Below, one piece after another: positions 12,901 to 22,575 of a stretch of DNA of 64,000 nt (position 1 is the first letter of the stretch; each line of letters starts with the position of its first letter). Below the pieces are notes generated by a model. The model worked only from the letters and a program-made list of their open reading frames with translations, was not told where the DNA came from and did no database searches. The DNA comes from a virus, in IMG/VR virus record IMGVR_UViG_3300028283_000005, positions 2,863-66,862 of that record. One strand, written 5' to 3'. The translations under genes and the position numbers were made by a program.

Positions 12901-15900
12901 CTGTGATGAGGGAATAAGTGATACACCACCAATTGATGTTCTAATTGCCTGTACCTTTCCATTCTCATCTATGGTTGTTTTAGGAATAGTGGCAAGAAGA
13001 AGTTTTATAGCAGCATTGGCTTTTCTAAAACTATCCATCTTTCGAGCATCCTGATAATCATCCTTTCCTGTATTCTCATTATTATGAAGTTGGATATGAT
13101 CATTTTCATCAAATTCAATATTATATCCCTTTAGATACTCTTCATGTCTATTAATAATACTGTCCCATTCACTATCAATATTTACTATCAGTCGAATAAC
13201 TTCTGCATTTCTTTGTTTGTATTGTTCTTTTGTAATACTACCTTCATCATAAAGAATTTTGTTAGCGACTCTCTTGCTTTTTAATTGTTTGAATATCTGA
13301 TCTTTTAATTCTGGATATATCTCACTCTTCTTTATATTTGGAATATTAAAAAGATTCTCATCTTTATTAATAACCCTCTTAATAAGCAGATAGGTCATGT
13401 GTTCAATAACATCAGCTCTTTGTCTATCAGACACTCTCACTAAACTGTAGTCAGCACCTTCTGAAGCTATCTCATCTTCAATATCAATCACACCTTTATT
13501 AACAAAATTAAGAGAGGATGCAAAAGGAATAGATGATTTATATCCTCCTGTATTTATAGTACTGAATAGTTCTTCAATAGCAGATTGAGTCTTACGATCT
13601 ACAAAAAAGGATTTAATAATATTTACCAGATCAGAAAACAATTTAACAATAAATGGTCTTCCGTCTGCAGGTTTAGGGGGAATCTTCTTATCCTGAACAT
13701 AGTCTCTGAACTCCTCAGCCATCTTTTCATTAGCCATTTTCATTGTAACAGCAGGATCAGAATACTTAAATGTCTTCTCTGACTTTAAATCATAGAAGGT
13801 TCCACTTCTCTGTTTAAATTCATTGTATATCTTTACTCTTTCTTCAGGAGTGGTACTCATTTGCCATATAGCATGAAACACCTCATGATAGATTGTCCCC
13901 ACTTCAGCATTCTGATAAAGATAGAGAGCTCCGTTTTTAAACATCCCCCACGCTTGCTTGCCATTGGTAGACATCATAATATTCTTCACCCTGTATAGAG
14001 GAATATGAGGAAAGTTTTTCTTCAACCAACTCTCTACTATATTCCAATTCTCTACAGTAATTGGTTCTGAACTTTCTCTAGCTTGACGTAAATCTTCATC
14101 ATCGACATCATTCTTTTCTCCTTCTTCTATCTCTGTAAGTGCATCTTTTGCTTCCTGAGAGAGAGGTTTTCCGATTTGCTTCTCTACATCTTCTGTATTC
14201 TCAAGCTCTTCTAAAGAGAACGATTCCTCTTTTTCTTCTATCTCTTTAACAGGTTTTTCTTTTATCTCTTTCTTAGTTTTTTTCTCATCTTTTGTTTTTC
14301 CAGCTTCAATGTATATTTGTACAATTTCTTCAAATTGTCCCACCTTACCATCAGGAGCTATCCCTATGGCTGATTCGTAATTCTTTTCACTAACATCACT
14401 TTGAGCAACAAACCTCACATTTCTTCCTTCCTTGGTTGTAAATATGTTTACTGTTCCTACACCTTTCTTTCTATCAAGGTTAAGAGTGTATTCTTTTGAA
14501 TCTTCAAGTTCTTCTAAAGAAAATCCTTCTTCTTCTGATTTCTTAGTGGAAGGTTTGTTTTTCCTCTCAAGAATATCCTGAAGGATTGCCCATTTTACAG
14601 ATTTAATAGCAATCTTCTTAGATTCTTCTTCTGTTCTCCCACCTTCTACTTTCTCAGTAGAGGTTTCTGTAGCACTCTTTGCTTTAAAAGATCCGGGTTT
14701 CTTAGTCTGTTTTTTATACTCTGGAATTATAGGAGATTCTCCATCATCCTCCACATAGAAATAGATACCATGACGGTTTGTTTCATCATCTGATATAATA
14801 GGTTTCATCCATGTTGTTAAAGGAACTTCATCAGCTATTCTATTCTTCTTTGAAAGAAGATAGGTTTGATAGTTTTCCCATGTGGTAGCAACGATCTCTC
14901 CTTTGTCATTAATATCGGTAATTTCTTCATAGCTTTCATTTACATCTTTAATCATATGATTATTAATGTTCATGAAGAGACTTTGAAGACTCTCAATAAC
15001 TGCTTTCCTGTTTTCTTCTAATGCAGAAGGTTTGAAAGCGTAGTTTGTACCATCGTCAGAAATATAGAGAGTGAGTTGTTTTGTCTTTACATCACGCTTG
15101 AAGTAGATATTATTTCTTCCAAGAAACTCCTTCTCTCCCTTCTCAGGAGCTCTCCAGAATACAACTGACCTCAGATACGTGAGTAGTCTTTTCGCTTCCT
15201 CTGAAGTCATCCCATCGGTCTCCATCATTAATTCAGAGAGACGATGAATCACTTTATATACAGCATATGCTTCTTTCTTATTGAGTTGCCTGTTATGCAA
15301 CTTTGCATATCCATTACTTAATTTAGCAAACACTCTGCCAAGGACATTTGTAAACTTCACACTTCCATTTTCAATAACATCATTGGTTGTTGGAATTTCA
15401 AGAATAACCTGATTATGCATTTCATTTTCTGTAATAAGATGGGCATCTTCTACAGAGGTGCGAGTACTATAATCAATAGTATTATCGTCCTTCATTACAT
15501 AACTGGGTATACCAAATGAGGCATTTATAGTATACGTAATGTTTAAAAGATCTTCTTTACTTGTTGTTGCCTCTGCTTTCTTAAATATACCATCTCTCCA
15601 AGCAGCGTATTCTTTTCTAAGAGAGGTTTGTACTTCTTCAGGAGTAGTCTTTCTAAACATGGATTCATTTCCATATTCCCCACTCCATCTCAACTTCTCT
15701 GTTGGAAATACCTGAAAAATTCCATTTTCTAAAGGATCTTGTCCTTCCTTGAGAACTTTTCCATTAACGTCAACAAGAGATAGTTTCCCTGTCTTCTCAT
15801 CAACCTCTGCCATTACTAAAGCAATGATATCTTTTTGCTTTTCTATTGCTTCTGCTTCTGTTTCATCAGAAGTTTTTGGAAATAGAAAATTAGTAAGACC

Positions 15901-18900
15901 GGGAATAAGAAGATGTTCATTCTTTGATGTAATGTATACACCACGAATATTTGCCTTATTTTTAAATTTAGCAAGTTTTGCTCCAAATAGATTGACTCTC
16001 TTCTGATGAGCTTTTCCATCATCAGGAGCCACTGTACTTGACACTACATGTTTGTCATTTTTCTTAGCATCAGGCTCATACTCCTCATCGTGTTTATTCA
16101 AATTGGCATTACGTACACCTGCTTTATTTGAAGACATTGTTTTCTCGGCAGAGGAGGTTTCTTTATTATCCTTACCTAATTTCTCCTCTTCAAGTTTCTG
16201 TTGTTTAGCTTGTTCAGCGTAAGGTTTGAATTTATCAAGAATAGTGCGCAAACCAATTAATTCAGGTTCAATTTCTTTCACCTCTTTCTGCAATGCTTCT
16301 ATTTCATCCCTTACTTCCTGAGCTTTCTTCTCATTAGGAGAAATTTCAAATTCTTCTGTCTCAGCAACAATGTCTTCAAGTGTTTGTAAATCTGCTTTAT
16401 ACTCTGGTTTAAGTTTTAGAAAGTTAGGATTGGCTTGAATAAAATCTACCCATTGTTGTCCTATAATTGCATTGGGAGCTTTTGGGTATTTTGTTTCAAA
16501 TTCAACAACTAGAGAATGAATAGTGTTAACAACACTATCAATTGCTTTCTCTATACTGGAAAGAATCTTATGCAGTCTGCTTATTTGTTTTGTATTTTCT
16601 TCTGCTGTAAGTTCAAGGAGTGTGAGTTGATCTTCTATTTCTTTTGTGAATCCTTCAATATCAGGAGAGAGTTCATAATTATAATGAGAAGCATCCTCTA
16701 CATAGGCAATAGCTATTTCTATATCTTCCTTTTGACGCTCAAGATTAGCAACTTCATATTCAATATCATCTTTCATTCTTGAAAGACGACTTGCTGCCTC
16801 TAAGTATTTCTTGGCATGTTTCTTAAATCTGACAGTTTTCTTTACTGATTTATTGATAGCATTTGGACTTTCAATGTCTTCTCTTAAGAGTTCGAGACCA
16901 TCAATTATATTTTTAAGTTCTGCTTTCTTTTTATTAATCAGTTCTGTTATAATGGTTTGTTTTTCTGAAAGTTCAACAAATAATTCTGTAAGAAGATTGT
17001 TTCTCTTTCTTGTACTCTCTTCAATTTTCTTATTGTCTTCTCTCCTCTTCTTTTCATCTGTCAGTCTTTCACGAGCAGCAGTTTGATCTTTTGTTTCAAT
17101 TGTTCCTATCTTCTTTATCATAGGTTGATTGAACTCTCCTTTAGGAAAGAACTGTTCTCTGGATACTTCCATGCGAGTGAGAACTACCTTTCCTGTTTTT
17201 CTATCATTGTATTTAGGATAGACAAAGAAAAGTTTTCCATCCTTATATTCTATTCTGCCTTGTTGGGTTCTTGGTTTTCCATCTTTACCTTTTCCAAAGT
17301 TAAATTCAAATTTTTCATTCCTGTGATGATAGAAAAAATTAGCACTATCGTTATCTTTCAAAGTACTTAGATCAGAAACATGATATTTCTTGAAGACATC
17401 CTTACCGATAGTTTTCACTTCACCTTTGTTCGTAAGAACATCCACTGTATCACCATTGTCTTTAAGAATCTTAAATTCTGGAATTTCAATATGTTTCTCA
17501 AGTCCATTCTTATCATAATCTATCCCAGATCCTAAGAAATAGGTTTTACCAACATTGAATTTTCCTTTCCCTCTTATTGTTTCCAGTTCAACAACCTCAT
17601 CCTCTGTTTCTGCAAGTTTTTCAAGTTCTTCTGGTGTAATTATCTTTACTTCTTTCTCGGTCCATTTCTCAGGTGTGATTTTCATATCCTCATATTCCTT
17701 TCGGAAATTCTCCCTGCGAGGAACCATCAACCCAATGCTATTTAACGCTTCTCCAACCTCATCTTTATTAATATCATCCATAACAGATATTAACTCTGCT
17801 GCAGAATTGAAGCTTTCATAATTTCCTTTTGATAAATCTTTAATGATTGTGGAGGCATCTACTCCTGCTGTCATTAACTCAGGATGAGCTAATGAAGGAA
17901 TAAGAGAAGTTATCCTCTCATCATAATCAATAATCTTTGTGGAAGCATAAACCATCTTATCTATTACATCAGATGGATATTTTGCTTTACCTTTTTCATC
18001 TGTTATTCCTCCATATCGTATATGAAGAGATTGATACATAGACTTCATATTCTTGGCAGTCTGCTCAAGATTTGTAAGTCTCTTGACATATGCTTCTTTG
18101 GTATCAGTAGCTTGAGCTTTTCCTTCTGCAACTAATTGAGCCCACCCTTCTTCTGTACTTGCAAGTTGTTTGTAATCTGTTATATCAGAAGAAACCATAT
18201 CATATCTACCAAACTTTAAACGGGGAATAAGATAGTTGATGATATAATCTTTCTCAAGATCTTTACTCTCTGTAATTTTTCCTTCTTTAAGTGCTTGCTC
18301 TCTTTCTTCCTGAATAACAACACCTCTATTTACTCCATCTAATGTTTCCTTAGTAAAGTCTGATAATTTACTTGAATTGAAACTTTTTAATGCTTCTGCT
18401 GTATTTCTACTTAATTCTCTTGATTCTTTAAACTTTCCTTTTCCTAACATCAATGCTCCAGAGAGACCCCCTATAAGAACATTTTCCATGCCTTCGTCAG
18501 TAGTGAGTGTTTTCTTTACCCCTTCTACAATGCTCTCTAATACATTTGGATCTTTATTAAGTCTCTTCTTATCAAAGTAATCCTGCGTACCTACAGTGAT
18601 GGCATACTGAGCACCTTCTTCAAATCCTTCTGATGTAGAAAAGAGATATGGACGTACTTTATTTACTCCTCTTACAATAGGGCCTCCCCATGCTTTCTTT
18701 TCAACATATTTTTCACCTTCTCTAACGACATCTTTTGTTTCTCTAATGACATTATTGATTACACCTTTCTCTGCTTTATAAGATGACCCGAGTATTTTAG
18801 GAAACTGAATATAATTTGTTGCACTTAATAATGCAATGTTCCAAGCCAAAGAAGCGTTGCCAACTCCTTCAGAAGCATCATTTATTTTCTTTAACTCTTC

Positions 18901-19827
18901 TCCAATAGGAGACCTCCCTCCATTTCTTTCTCTATATTCAGCAATCTGTTCATCCCTATACTGATTCAGATTATTTAATGCTTCAAAGGTTGCCTCCCCT
19001 GTTGTTGCTAAACCAGCAACTGTTACTCTCTGTCCAGTATTTAAAACATTATATGTGCCAAGAAATTTATCATAAGCACTCTTTAACTTACCTGCAGATT
19101 CTCCAATTTTCTCTGCATCTAATAATGTTGTTTCAGTTGCAGCCAATGCTTCTGCTGCTTTACCAATAGATACTAATTTAGCAAGTTTTGGAATTTGAGT
19201 CAATATAGATGTAACTCCTTTAATACCCGTTCCATATACACCTCCTGCTAATGCTGCACCTGCAGCAAACCCTAAATTCTTTACAATACCATCCCAGAGA
19301 AAATTAGCACTAAATAATTTACTTGGCGCATACCAATGAGCAGCTTTTTCGGCTTGTGTATAATAATTGGGAAGTATGTCTTCCATTTGTTTATTAAACT
19401 CATCAAGACTTCTATTAAATTCATTATTATAAAATCCTGCAAGTTTTCCTTGTTTACGCCATTCAGCAAGACCATTTAATAATCCAGCAGTAGATTGAAG
19501 AAATGTAGTACCTGTAAGAACTAATCCTTTTCCTATACCGCTTACCATTTTACTACCAAAACTTTGGCCTTGTGCATAGATTTCTTCATTGTTATATCCA
19601 TACATAACATTAGGAAATCTACCTGTTTTATAAGGAGCAGCTTGAGACATAGTGATATCTGAAGCACTCATTCCTTTTGAATCACGCACTCCTCTTACAG
19701 GAGCATCTTTATCATCTAAAGGAGTATATAGAGCATCACTTAAGGGAGCTGAAGCAGGAGAACCATCCACAGAGTAATTTGGATAATTAGGAGTTCCTGA
19801 AAGATTTACAATAGGTTCGTCTTGCAT
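6985..19827 (-). CDS. Virion-packaged single-chain two-barrel RNA polymerase with N-terminal extensions and a zincin domain
   Basis: 4280 aa; FRIPTQ and GADFDIDKL catalytic DxDxD motif (~9725-9755) as in crAss-like vRNAPs; HEVFH zincin motif (~13870-13890). Confidence 0.88.
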   Translation of the reverse strand: MQDEPIVNLSGTPNYPNYSVDGSPASAPLSDALYTPLDDKDAPVRGVRDSKGMSASDITMSQAAPYKTGRFPNVMYGYNNEEIYAQGQSFGSKMVSGIGKGLVLTGTTFLQSTAGLLNGLAEWRKQGKLAGFYNNEFNRSLDEFNKQMEDILPNYYTQAEKAAHWYAPSKLFSANFLWDGIVKNLGFAAGAALAGGVYGTGIKGVTSILTQIPKLAKLVSIGKAAEALAATETTLLDAEKIGESAGKLKSAYDKFLGTYNVLNTGQRVTVAGLATTGEATFEALNNLNQYRDEQIAEYRERNGGRSPIGEELKKINDASEGVGNASLAWNIALLSATNYIQFPKILGSSYKAEKGVINNVIRETKDVVREGEKYVEKKAWGGPIVRGVNKVRPYLFSTSEGFEEGAQYAITVGTQDYFDKKRLNKDPNVLESIVEGVKKTLTTDEGMENVLIGGLSGALMLGKGKFKESRELSRNTAEALKSFNSSKLSDFTKETLDGVNRGVVIQEEREQALKEGKITESKDLEKDYIINYLIPRLKFGRYDMVSSDITDYKQLASTEEGWAQLVAEGKAQATDTKEAYVKRLTNLEQTAKNMKSMYQSLHIRYGGITDEKGKAKYPSDVIDKMVYASTKIIDYDERITSLIPSLAHPELMTAGVDASTIIKDLSKGNYESFNSAAELISVMDDINKDEVGEALNSIGLMVPRRENFRKEYEDMKITPEKWTEKEVKIITPEELEKLAETEDEVVELETIRGKGKFNVGKTYFLGSGIDYDKNGLEKHIEIPEFKILKDNGDTVDVLTNKGEVKTIGKDVFKKYHVSDLSTLKDNDSANFFYHHRNEKFEFNFGKGKDGKPRTQQGRIEYKDGKLFFVYPKYNDRKTGKVVLTRMEVSREQFFPKGEFNQPMIKKIGTIETKDQTAARERLTDEKKRREDNKKIEESTRKRNNLLTELFVELSEKQTIITELINKKKAELKNIIDGLELLREDIESPNAINKSVKKTVRFKKHAKKYLEAASRLSRMKDDIEYEVANLERQKEDIEIAIAYVEDASHYNYELSPDIEGFTKEIEDQLTLLELTAEENTKQISRLHKILSSIEKAIDSVVNTIHSLVVEFETKYPKAPNAIIGQQWVDFIQANPNFLKLKPEYKADLQTLEDIVAETEEFEISPNEKKAQEVRDEIEALQKEVKEIEPELIGLRTILDKFKPYAEQAKQQKLEEEKLGKDNKETSSAEKTMSSNKAGVRNANLNKHDEEYEPDAKKNDKHVVSSTVAPDDGKAHQKRVNLFGAKLAKFKNKANIRGVYITSKNEHLLIPGLTNFLFPKTSDETEAEAIEKQKDIIALVMAEVDEKTGKLSLVDVNGKVLKEGQDPLENGIFQVFPTEKLRWSGEYGNESMFRKTTPEEVQTSLRKEYAAWRDGIFKKAEATTSKEDLLNITYTINASFGIPSYVMKDDNTIDYSTRTSVEDAHLITENEMHNQVILEIPTTNDVIENGSVKFTNVLGRVFAKLSNGYAKLHNRQLNKKEAYAVYKVIHRLSELMMETDGMTSEEAKRLLTYLRSVVFWRAPEKGEKEFLGRNNIYFKRDVKTKQLTLYISDDGTNYAFKPSALEENRKAVIESLQSLFMNINNHMIKDVNESYEEITDINDKGEIVATTWENYQTYLLSKKNRIADEVPLTTWMKPIISDDETNRHGIYFYVEDDGESPIIPEYKKQTKKPGSFKAKSATETSTEKVEGGRTEEESKKIAIKSVKWAILQDILERKNKPSTKKSEEEGFSLEELEDSKEYTLNLDRKKGVGTVNIFTTKEGRNVRFVAQSDVSEKNYESAIGIAPDGKVGQFEEIVQIYIEAGKTKDEKKTKKEIKEKPVKEIEEKEESFSLEELENTEDVEKQIGKPLSQEAKDALTEIEEGEKNDVDDEDLRQARESSEPITVENWNIVESWLKKNFPHIPLYRVKNIMMSTNGKQAWGMFKNGALYLYQNAEVGTIYHEVFHAIWQMSTTPEERVKIYNEFKQRSGTFYDLKSEKTFKYSDPAVTMKMANEKMAEEFRDYVQDKKIPPKPADGRPFIVKLFSDLVNIIKSFFVDRKTQSAIEELFSTINTGGYKSSIPFASSLNFVNKGVIDIEDEIASEGADYSLVRVSDRQRADVIEHMTYLLIKRVINKDENLFNIPNIKKSEIYPELKDQIFKQLKSKRVANKILYDEGSITKEQYKQRNAEVIRLIVNIDSEWDSIINRHEEYLKGYNIEFDENDHIQLHNNENTGKDDYQDARKMDSFRKANAAIKLLLATIPKTTIDENGKVQAIRTSIGGVSLIPSSQTVINLWNKLSHSINIDDMMDKLRQMAKDDSNYRVLYKRLMKTEFDSPGNHSFEKINTTHASQLLNAFWNTFKKQNPSVQNIFVLDNGEVVVGEASLSTAAMQFRDDYEKNIVLKAKEGKGFFKWDKKSKKFIGDPVSMRGVLLDSPQAILSFLGKLGMAFTGKELNYLRINHPNIYSTFKEAVGGIRSSIINSEEIVTFGGKALDIKGRLLELGLAKSIASNPTFDSAFFNIVGERMQSYIGPNAASNLYDVLSSIKNTSELRGTQYEYLLTDSFAQGSNLMKRLFDEEGDRRSLEKELLKTGYAGGIMYSKSGKSKEASRLTYMERLIQELNLNLKGWFLNLIPGDASIEWMVQMGNPISTTSLRKGFNDVHKIFGEYFISELNLAREDRKGVTKKRKELSKEMRFFKEILEAHSKKLYTTILSQEGTSREVYEENKEEINKAIEKYIKQATDKTERILTYLNILEEDEKGFTLKNIDLPVHMKRDSLTNELTVLTINYMIANIEMHKVLYSDPYQYNDELKRIKSFISPRQSIISGSLSMNTVLNNVWNKGFNKKDIGHTDFIRDYFKTATLTDVIAISNLPGYDPYEETDGSGIITFKAYRNFRIRASNWNDREESQFRYDIAWEKQHKNIALTQEEQSILDKGNPKVQSAYTPLKPIVSGNKANDKDYNDIVLDKYALYPLSYRVISDININGGKETSNSLSLYDKMQKEDLDYVIFNSARKVGAEETNNVYDAKGNFVTSPYKGIINIPFSIMSLQTEVPAKEGDNVTRGSQVTKLITMDFMEAGVPIDFLPNDKFENRYAKWTLLSDDDKKAESSLFKEIKNNQTLLEALMEDGYQTLLNKLGIKETINKNGNKEYNFSDFSMTLNTLKDEILKREVNDNLIDAINSFGKETSLLESTPAYQQVRNILYSIVDRVIVSPKMPGGLKVQIPSTFFEQQKLGITKIVGKKGYQSDTLEFYSRTEDGKKVNVCQIMVKRWFKSDMSDKALLDYLNTTDEGKRILRGIAFRIPTQKQNSIDVFEIRQFLPTEFGDSVVVPSEIVRRSGADFDIDKLSIYLKNIYKNAKGELKAVPFFGYGEEAKNKIKEVYESGEFLTDNQRKELNRFLAEENDEVRSKFFSNTFDEEGNIIDTPENKLIRDIFSSAFTEEALTKEFVDEIRKDGIENKIINSIYKKSLENAYIESSDALISHPLNYDQLIKPNSAKQLKELGEKIAKAIHGETFNYEAIDNMLDRTFMSRLRHAFVSGKHAIAIAAVSQTNHSLNQRQPMVIDPSLLGRTSAEDQEWLGDGRVKFSKFNRIKVGNQMLPTLSKIVNAAEQHISDIIAQFIDGYVDISKGPWIMELGAAPNVAPTFLFLVKIGVPIEDIAYFMNQPLIRHYLKEIESHGYVWLFNSTIVDKVKADYATEEQIAIAASEIRNFTIPSKGTLEKLVGKEYKSLTKQEIQDQLKMLDEFLKYAKMATHLFNITQATNYDTATFNDPLLIWKKEQQMKKANETLISDTQSLLDHSFIGSIPKVLGSARNAVAKILISDQTKVRRILQQVLLPYIDMSDNDFLKIAKKATADIFDYAVQTNGGFNQYIKELFNEGIVDDIANFVDEAKRDKNHPLHDNYIINTLQISPSPKGTENAVNNIKIRGIDNKVYDQNNIIYAFREIRDTLGEDSEIYRGLINVAILQSGLSPSTISYTTVIPFEDFAEVYNKTLSRLEVVNLQPFVDLGVFYRNNWNNDDIVSRLSAFWIKTARDTKMYNISMAFFNNSAVKDAIAKEVIPPLTTIPLANKESSEKYIFYTWNLMDELLTEKDWNDINSGKVYKLTRIFAIQEEMRKKSDFSYMKKALFQQVVNEENKPLMTEYKKKFYVVYKAISAWGDGSRANEFYNTENQSIIDNGLENPKNVDDADIISLFLQPNVKKARKRGGGYLSTAAIDEEYSKKSPIAKMVNERDTNKKKDNTNAPNGKPDIGRTSKKC

Positions 19828-19832
19828 TGCTA

Positions 19833-22487
19833 TTATTTTTGTCTGTTCTTGATTATGTTATCAATCTGAGGTTCATTCAATATATTTAAATCACCAATTA
19901 TCACACTCTCTCCTCCTACAGCATATTCACGATTAAGCTCAATAGGATTCATTATTTCTCCTGTTTTCTTATTTTTTAAATAGAGAGTTACAGTCCACGT
20001 TGTTCCATCAGGCATTAAGTTAAAGTCCGCTCCAAGAGGAACATACTTATCTGAATTTTTTAATAGAGGAGTTGCATTTGATGAAATGTATGCAGTATTC
20101 CAAGCATTTGGTTTATCTGTATGTGAGCCAAGATTGGTAGAATGAGTCTCACTAGTAATTGCCCTTGCTACAAAAGGGTTTGCTTTAAACTCTTCAAAAT
20201 CATCTCTACCTGTTACTACCTGAAGATCTTCCTGAGTTTCTATCTTCACCTTATATTCTTTTCCTTCATGTGTTATAATAGCTTCTCCTGTAAAAGGCTG
20301 TCCTTCTGTAAATGGCTTTGTAATAATGAAAGCCCCTTTACTATCTGTAGCTTCAAGAGCTTTTAATATTTCTTCTCTATTAGGTAATTTAGTATGACCT
20401 GCTACAAGTGCATACATTCTAGCTTTACTGGCTTTGATTTCAGGATCTGATTCACCAAAAGGTAAAGACCGAGCTTCATCAGTCATTGTAATCTTTCTTA
20501 ATATTGCTTCTTTTTCTATTTTTGCTTTTTCAAGAATAGAAGAAACTTTCTCATTAACTTTATAGAGAGATTCTATTTGTGGGTTTTTAGTTAATTGCTG
20601 AGATCTAAGAATTTCTGAACTTGTCCCTCCTATTGAAGGCGATGTTGAATAATTTACAGGATCTCCGACTGCTGCTACTGTTATAGCTGCTAATAATTTT
20701 TGTCTATTACCCCAGTTATTATCTACCTTATTTTTTATATTCCTATCATAATCATAGAATAAATAGTCTATCATATCCTGTTTTGTAAATCCTTGTGGAG
20801 GAATTACATCAGCTAAATAATCATTAGGAGTAATAGGATTATGCTCTCTTACCTGTTTATCTACAACGGCTGTAACAGCCAACTTATCTAAATAATCAGA
20901 ACGAAGAGTTTTAAATTTTGTTAATAATTTTTGATCATACCCACTTAAATCAACACCCATTTGTCTTGATTCTCTATCTATATCACCTAACCAAGTAGTT
21001 ACAAACTCTTCAGGAGTAACTTTTTGATTCTTTGCCAGTATGTTAATATATTGCTGAAATTGATCCTTTGTTCTTTTCTGAGTTTTATCTGACTTGTTAA
21101 ACATTTCATACATTATATCAAACCCAGTATTATAGCTATCATTATATAGAGAAGTTATTTCATTTTCATTTATCTGTGCAGCATCCATTCCTGGAGTTCC
21201 TATAACAGATGCTGTAGTTCCATTTCCTCCTTCATCTGAATCATCAGTTCCTATGCCCTTTCCTTTTTTAATAGGATGTCTTTTTCCATCTTTTCCTATA
21301 GGATAATTAAGATCAAATTCTTTATTCTTCATCCCTCTATCGAACATTTCACTAGAATAATCAAGTTTGTATTTCTCTTCCCAATTAAGCTGTTGTCTAA
21401 GAGGACTGGATAAATTCTTCTCTTCTCTCTTTGTTTTAATAAAAATATCTCGTAAACTATTCTCATAGTTATTCTTATACATTGTTTCCTTAAATCTTTG
21501 TGGGTCACTTGTTGCAAGCGATGTAAGTTCTGCTAATTGAGTTTTGTATTTATTTTTCTTAGTATCAAGTTTTTTAATCCCTTCTTCTATTTCTTTTCTT
21601 TGCTCATCTGATACCTTTCCACTCAATAAAGTATTTAACCTAACCTTCTCCTGATCAATAAGTAGAAAACTATCATTAAACTTTTGCTCATAGCCTGAAA
21701 GCATTTTAGTAGGATCCACACCTCTTGTATTAGCCCATGCATCTATTCCTATCTGATTCTGAACATCTCCCCTGTTAAGAACTGCATGAAGAATCCCCTC
21801 AATGGCTTTTGCATTGGAAGAACTGGTAACCTCTGTCATTGTTCTTGCAGGAATAGCACTACCATCTGGATCAAACTGTATTTTACCATTTGTATCAGTA
21901 GAATACATCTGCTGTATAATGCTTTCATCCACGCCAGCTTCCTTTGCAAGTTTTCTCACCTCATCTGTAACATCCACATATGGAGAGAAACTTCCATTGA
22001 AGGAAACAGGTTTTCCATCTGCATCTTTCAAGCCTGCATTCATATAAGGATTTAGAAATTTCTCATGGAAATAGGCTTCATTGTTCTTATCAGATTTTCC
22101 TTCCTTTCTGAGAGTTTCTATTGTGCTGAGTTCCTTTTGAATTTTAGCAGTGGATATCACTGCAGTTTGTATAAATGGATCCCTCCCCACCTGATTCACC
22201 ATCCCCCCCACTTGATTTACCAATTGATAATTGGAGAAATCCCCCATAGAGACCATCCTGAGATTGTTTCCTAATTCATTCATTTTGGATTGAAGATATT
22301 CTCTATCATTAGGTCGTAGGATACTTAGTCCTGCAACCTTGTCGATTTGAGATTGAATGCGTTGGTATCCTTCATCATATTGGTGTTGCTTTTGCGTTCC
22401 TACGCTAACCATGGCTTCTACAGGAAGCTGTTGCACGTAAGGACGAAAGGAATTTGCAGTTAACGGGGTGTCTGTATAGCTTGCCAT
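19833..22487 (-). CDS. Putative ejected/cargo protein upstream of the vRNAP
   Basis: 884 aa; N-terminal FRPYVQQLP and helical region; crAss-like gene order between cargo protein and RNAP. Confidence 0.6.
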   Translation of the reverse strand: MASYTDTPLTANSFRPYVQQLPVEAMVSVGTQKQHQYDEGYQRIQSQIDKVAGLSILRPNDREYLQSKMNELGNNLRMVSMGDFSNYQLVNQVGGMVNQVGRDPFIQTAVISTAKIQKELSTIETLRKEGKSDKNNEAYFHEKFLNPYMNAGLKDADGKPVSFNGSFSPYVDVTDEVRKLAKEAGVDESIIQQMYSTDTNGKIQFDPDGSAIPARTMTEVTSSSNAKAIEGILHAVLNRGDVQNQIGIDAWANTRGVDPTKMLSGYEQKFNDSFLLIDQEKVRLNTLLSGKVSDEQRKEIEEGIKKLDTKKNKYKTQLAELTSLATSDPQRFKETMYKNNYENSLRDIFIKTKREEKNLSSPLRQQLNWEEKYKLDYSSEMFDRGMKNKEFDLNYPIGKDGKRHPIKKGKGIGTDDSDEGGNGTTASVIGTPGMDAAQINENEITSLYNDSYNTGFDIMYEMFNKSDKTQKRTKDQFQQYINILAKNQKVTPEEFVTTWLGDIDRESRQMGVDLSGYDQKLLTKFKTLRSDYLDKLAVTAVVDKQVREHNPITPNDYLADVIPPQGFTKQDMIDYLFYDYDRNIKNKVDNNWGNRQKLLAAITVAAVGDPVNYSTSPSIGGTSSEILRSQQLTKNPQIESLYKVNEKVSSILEKAKIEKEAILRKITMTDEARSLPFGESDPEIKASKARMYALVAGHTKLPNREEILKALEATDSKGAFIITKPFTEGQPFTGEAIITHEGKEYKVKIETQEDLQVVTGRDDFEEFKANPFVARAITSETHSTNLGSHTDKPNAWNTAYISSNATPLLKNSDKYVPLGADFNLMPDGTTWTVTLYLKNKKTGEIMNPIELNREYAVGGESVIIGDLNILNEPQIDNIIKNRQK

Positions 22488-22503
22488 TGGTTATTTTGAT
22501 TAA

Positions 22504-22534
22504 CAAATTTAATGAAATACGTTATGATAGTAAA
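22504..22534 (-). promoter_or_regulatory. Bacteroidota-type promoter (TTTA-N19-TAAATTTG)
   Basis: TAAATTTG at 22511-22504, 16 nt upstream of ATG 22487. Confidence 0.6.
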
Positions 22535-22575
22535 GCTTTATAATCATTTTTATTAAAACAGCTTCACCATTTTAA

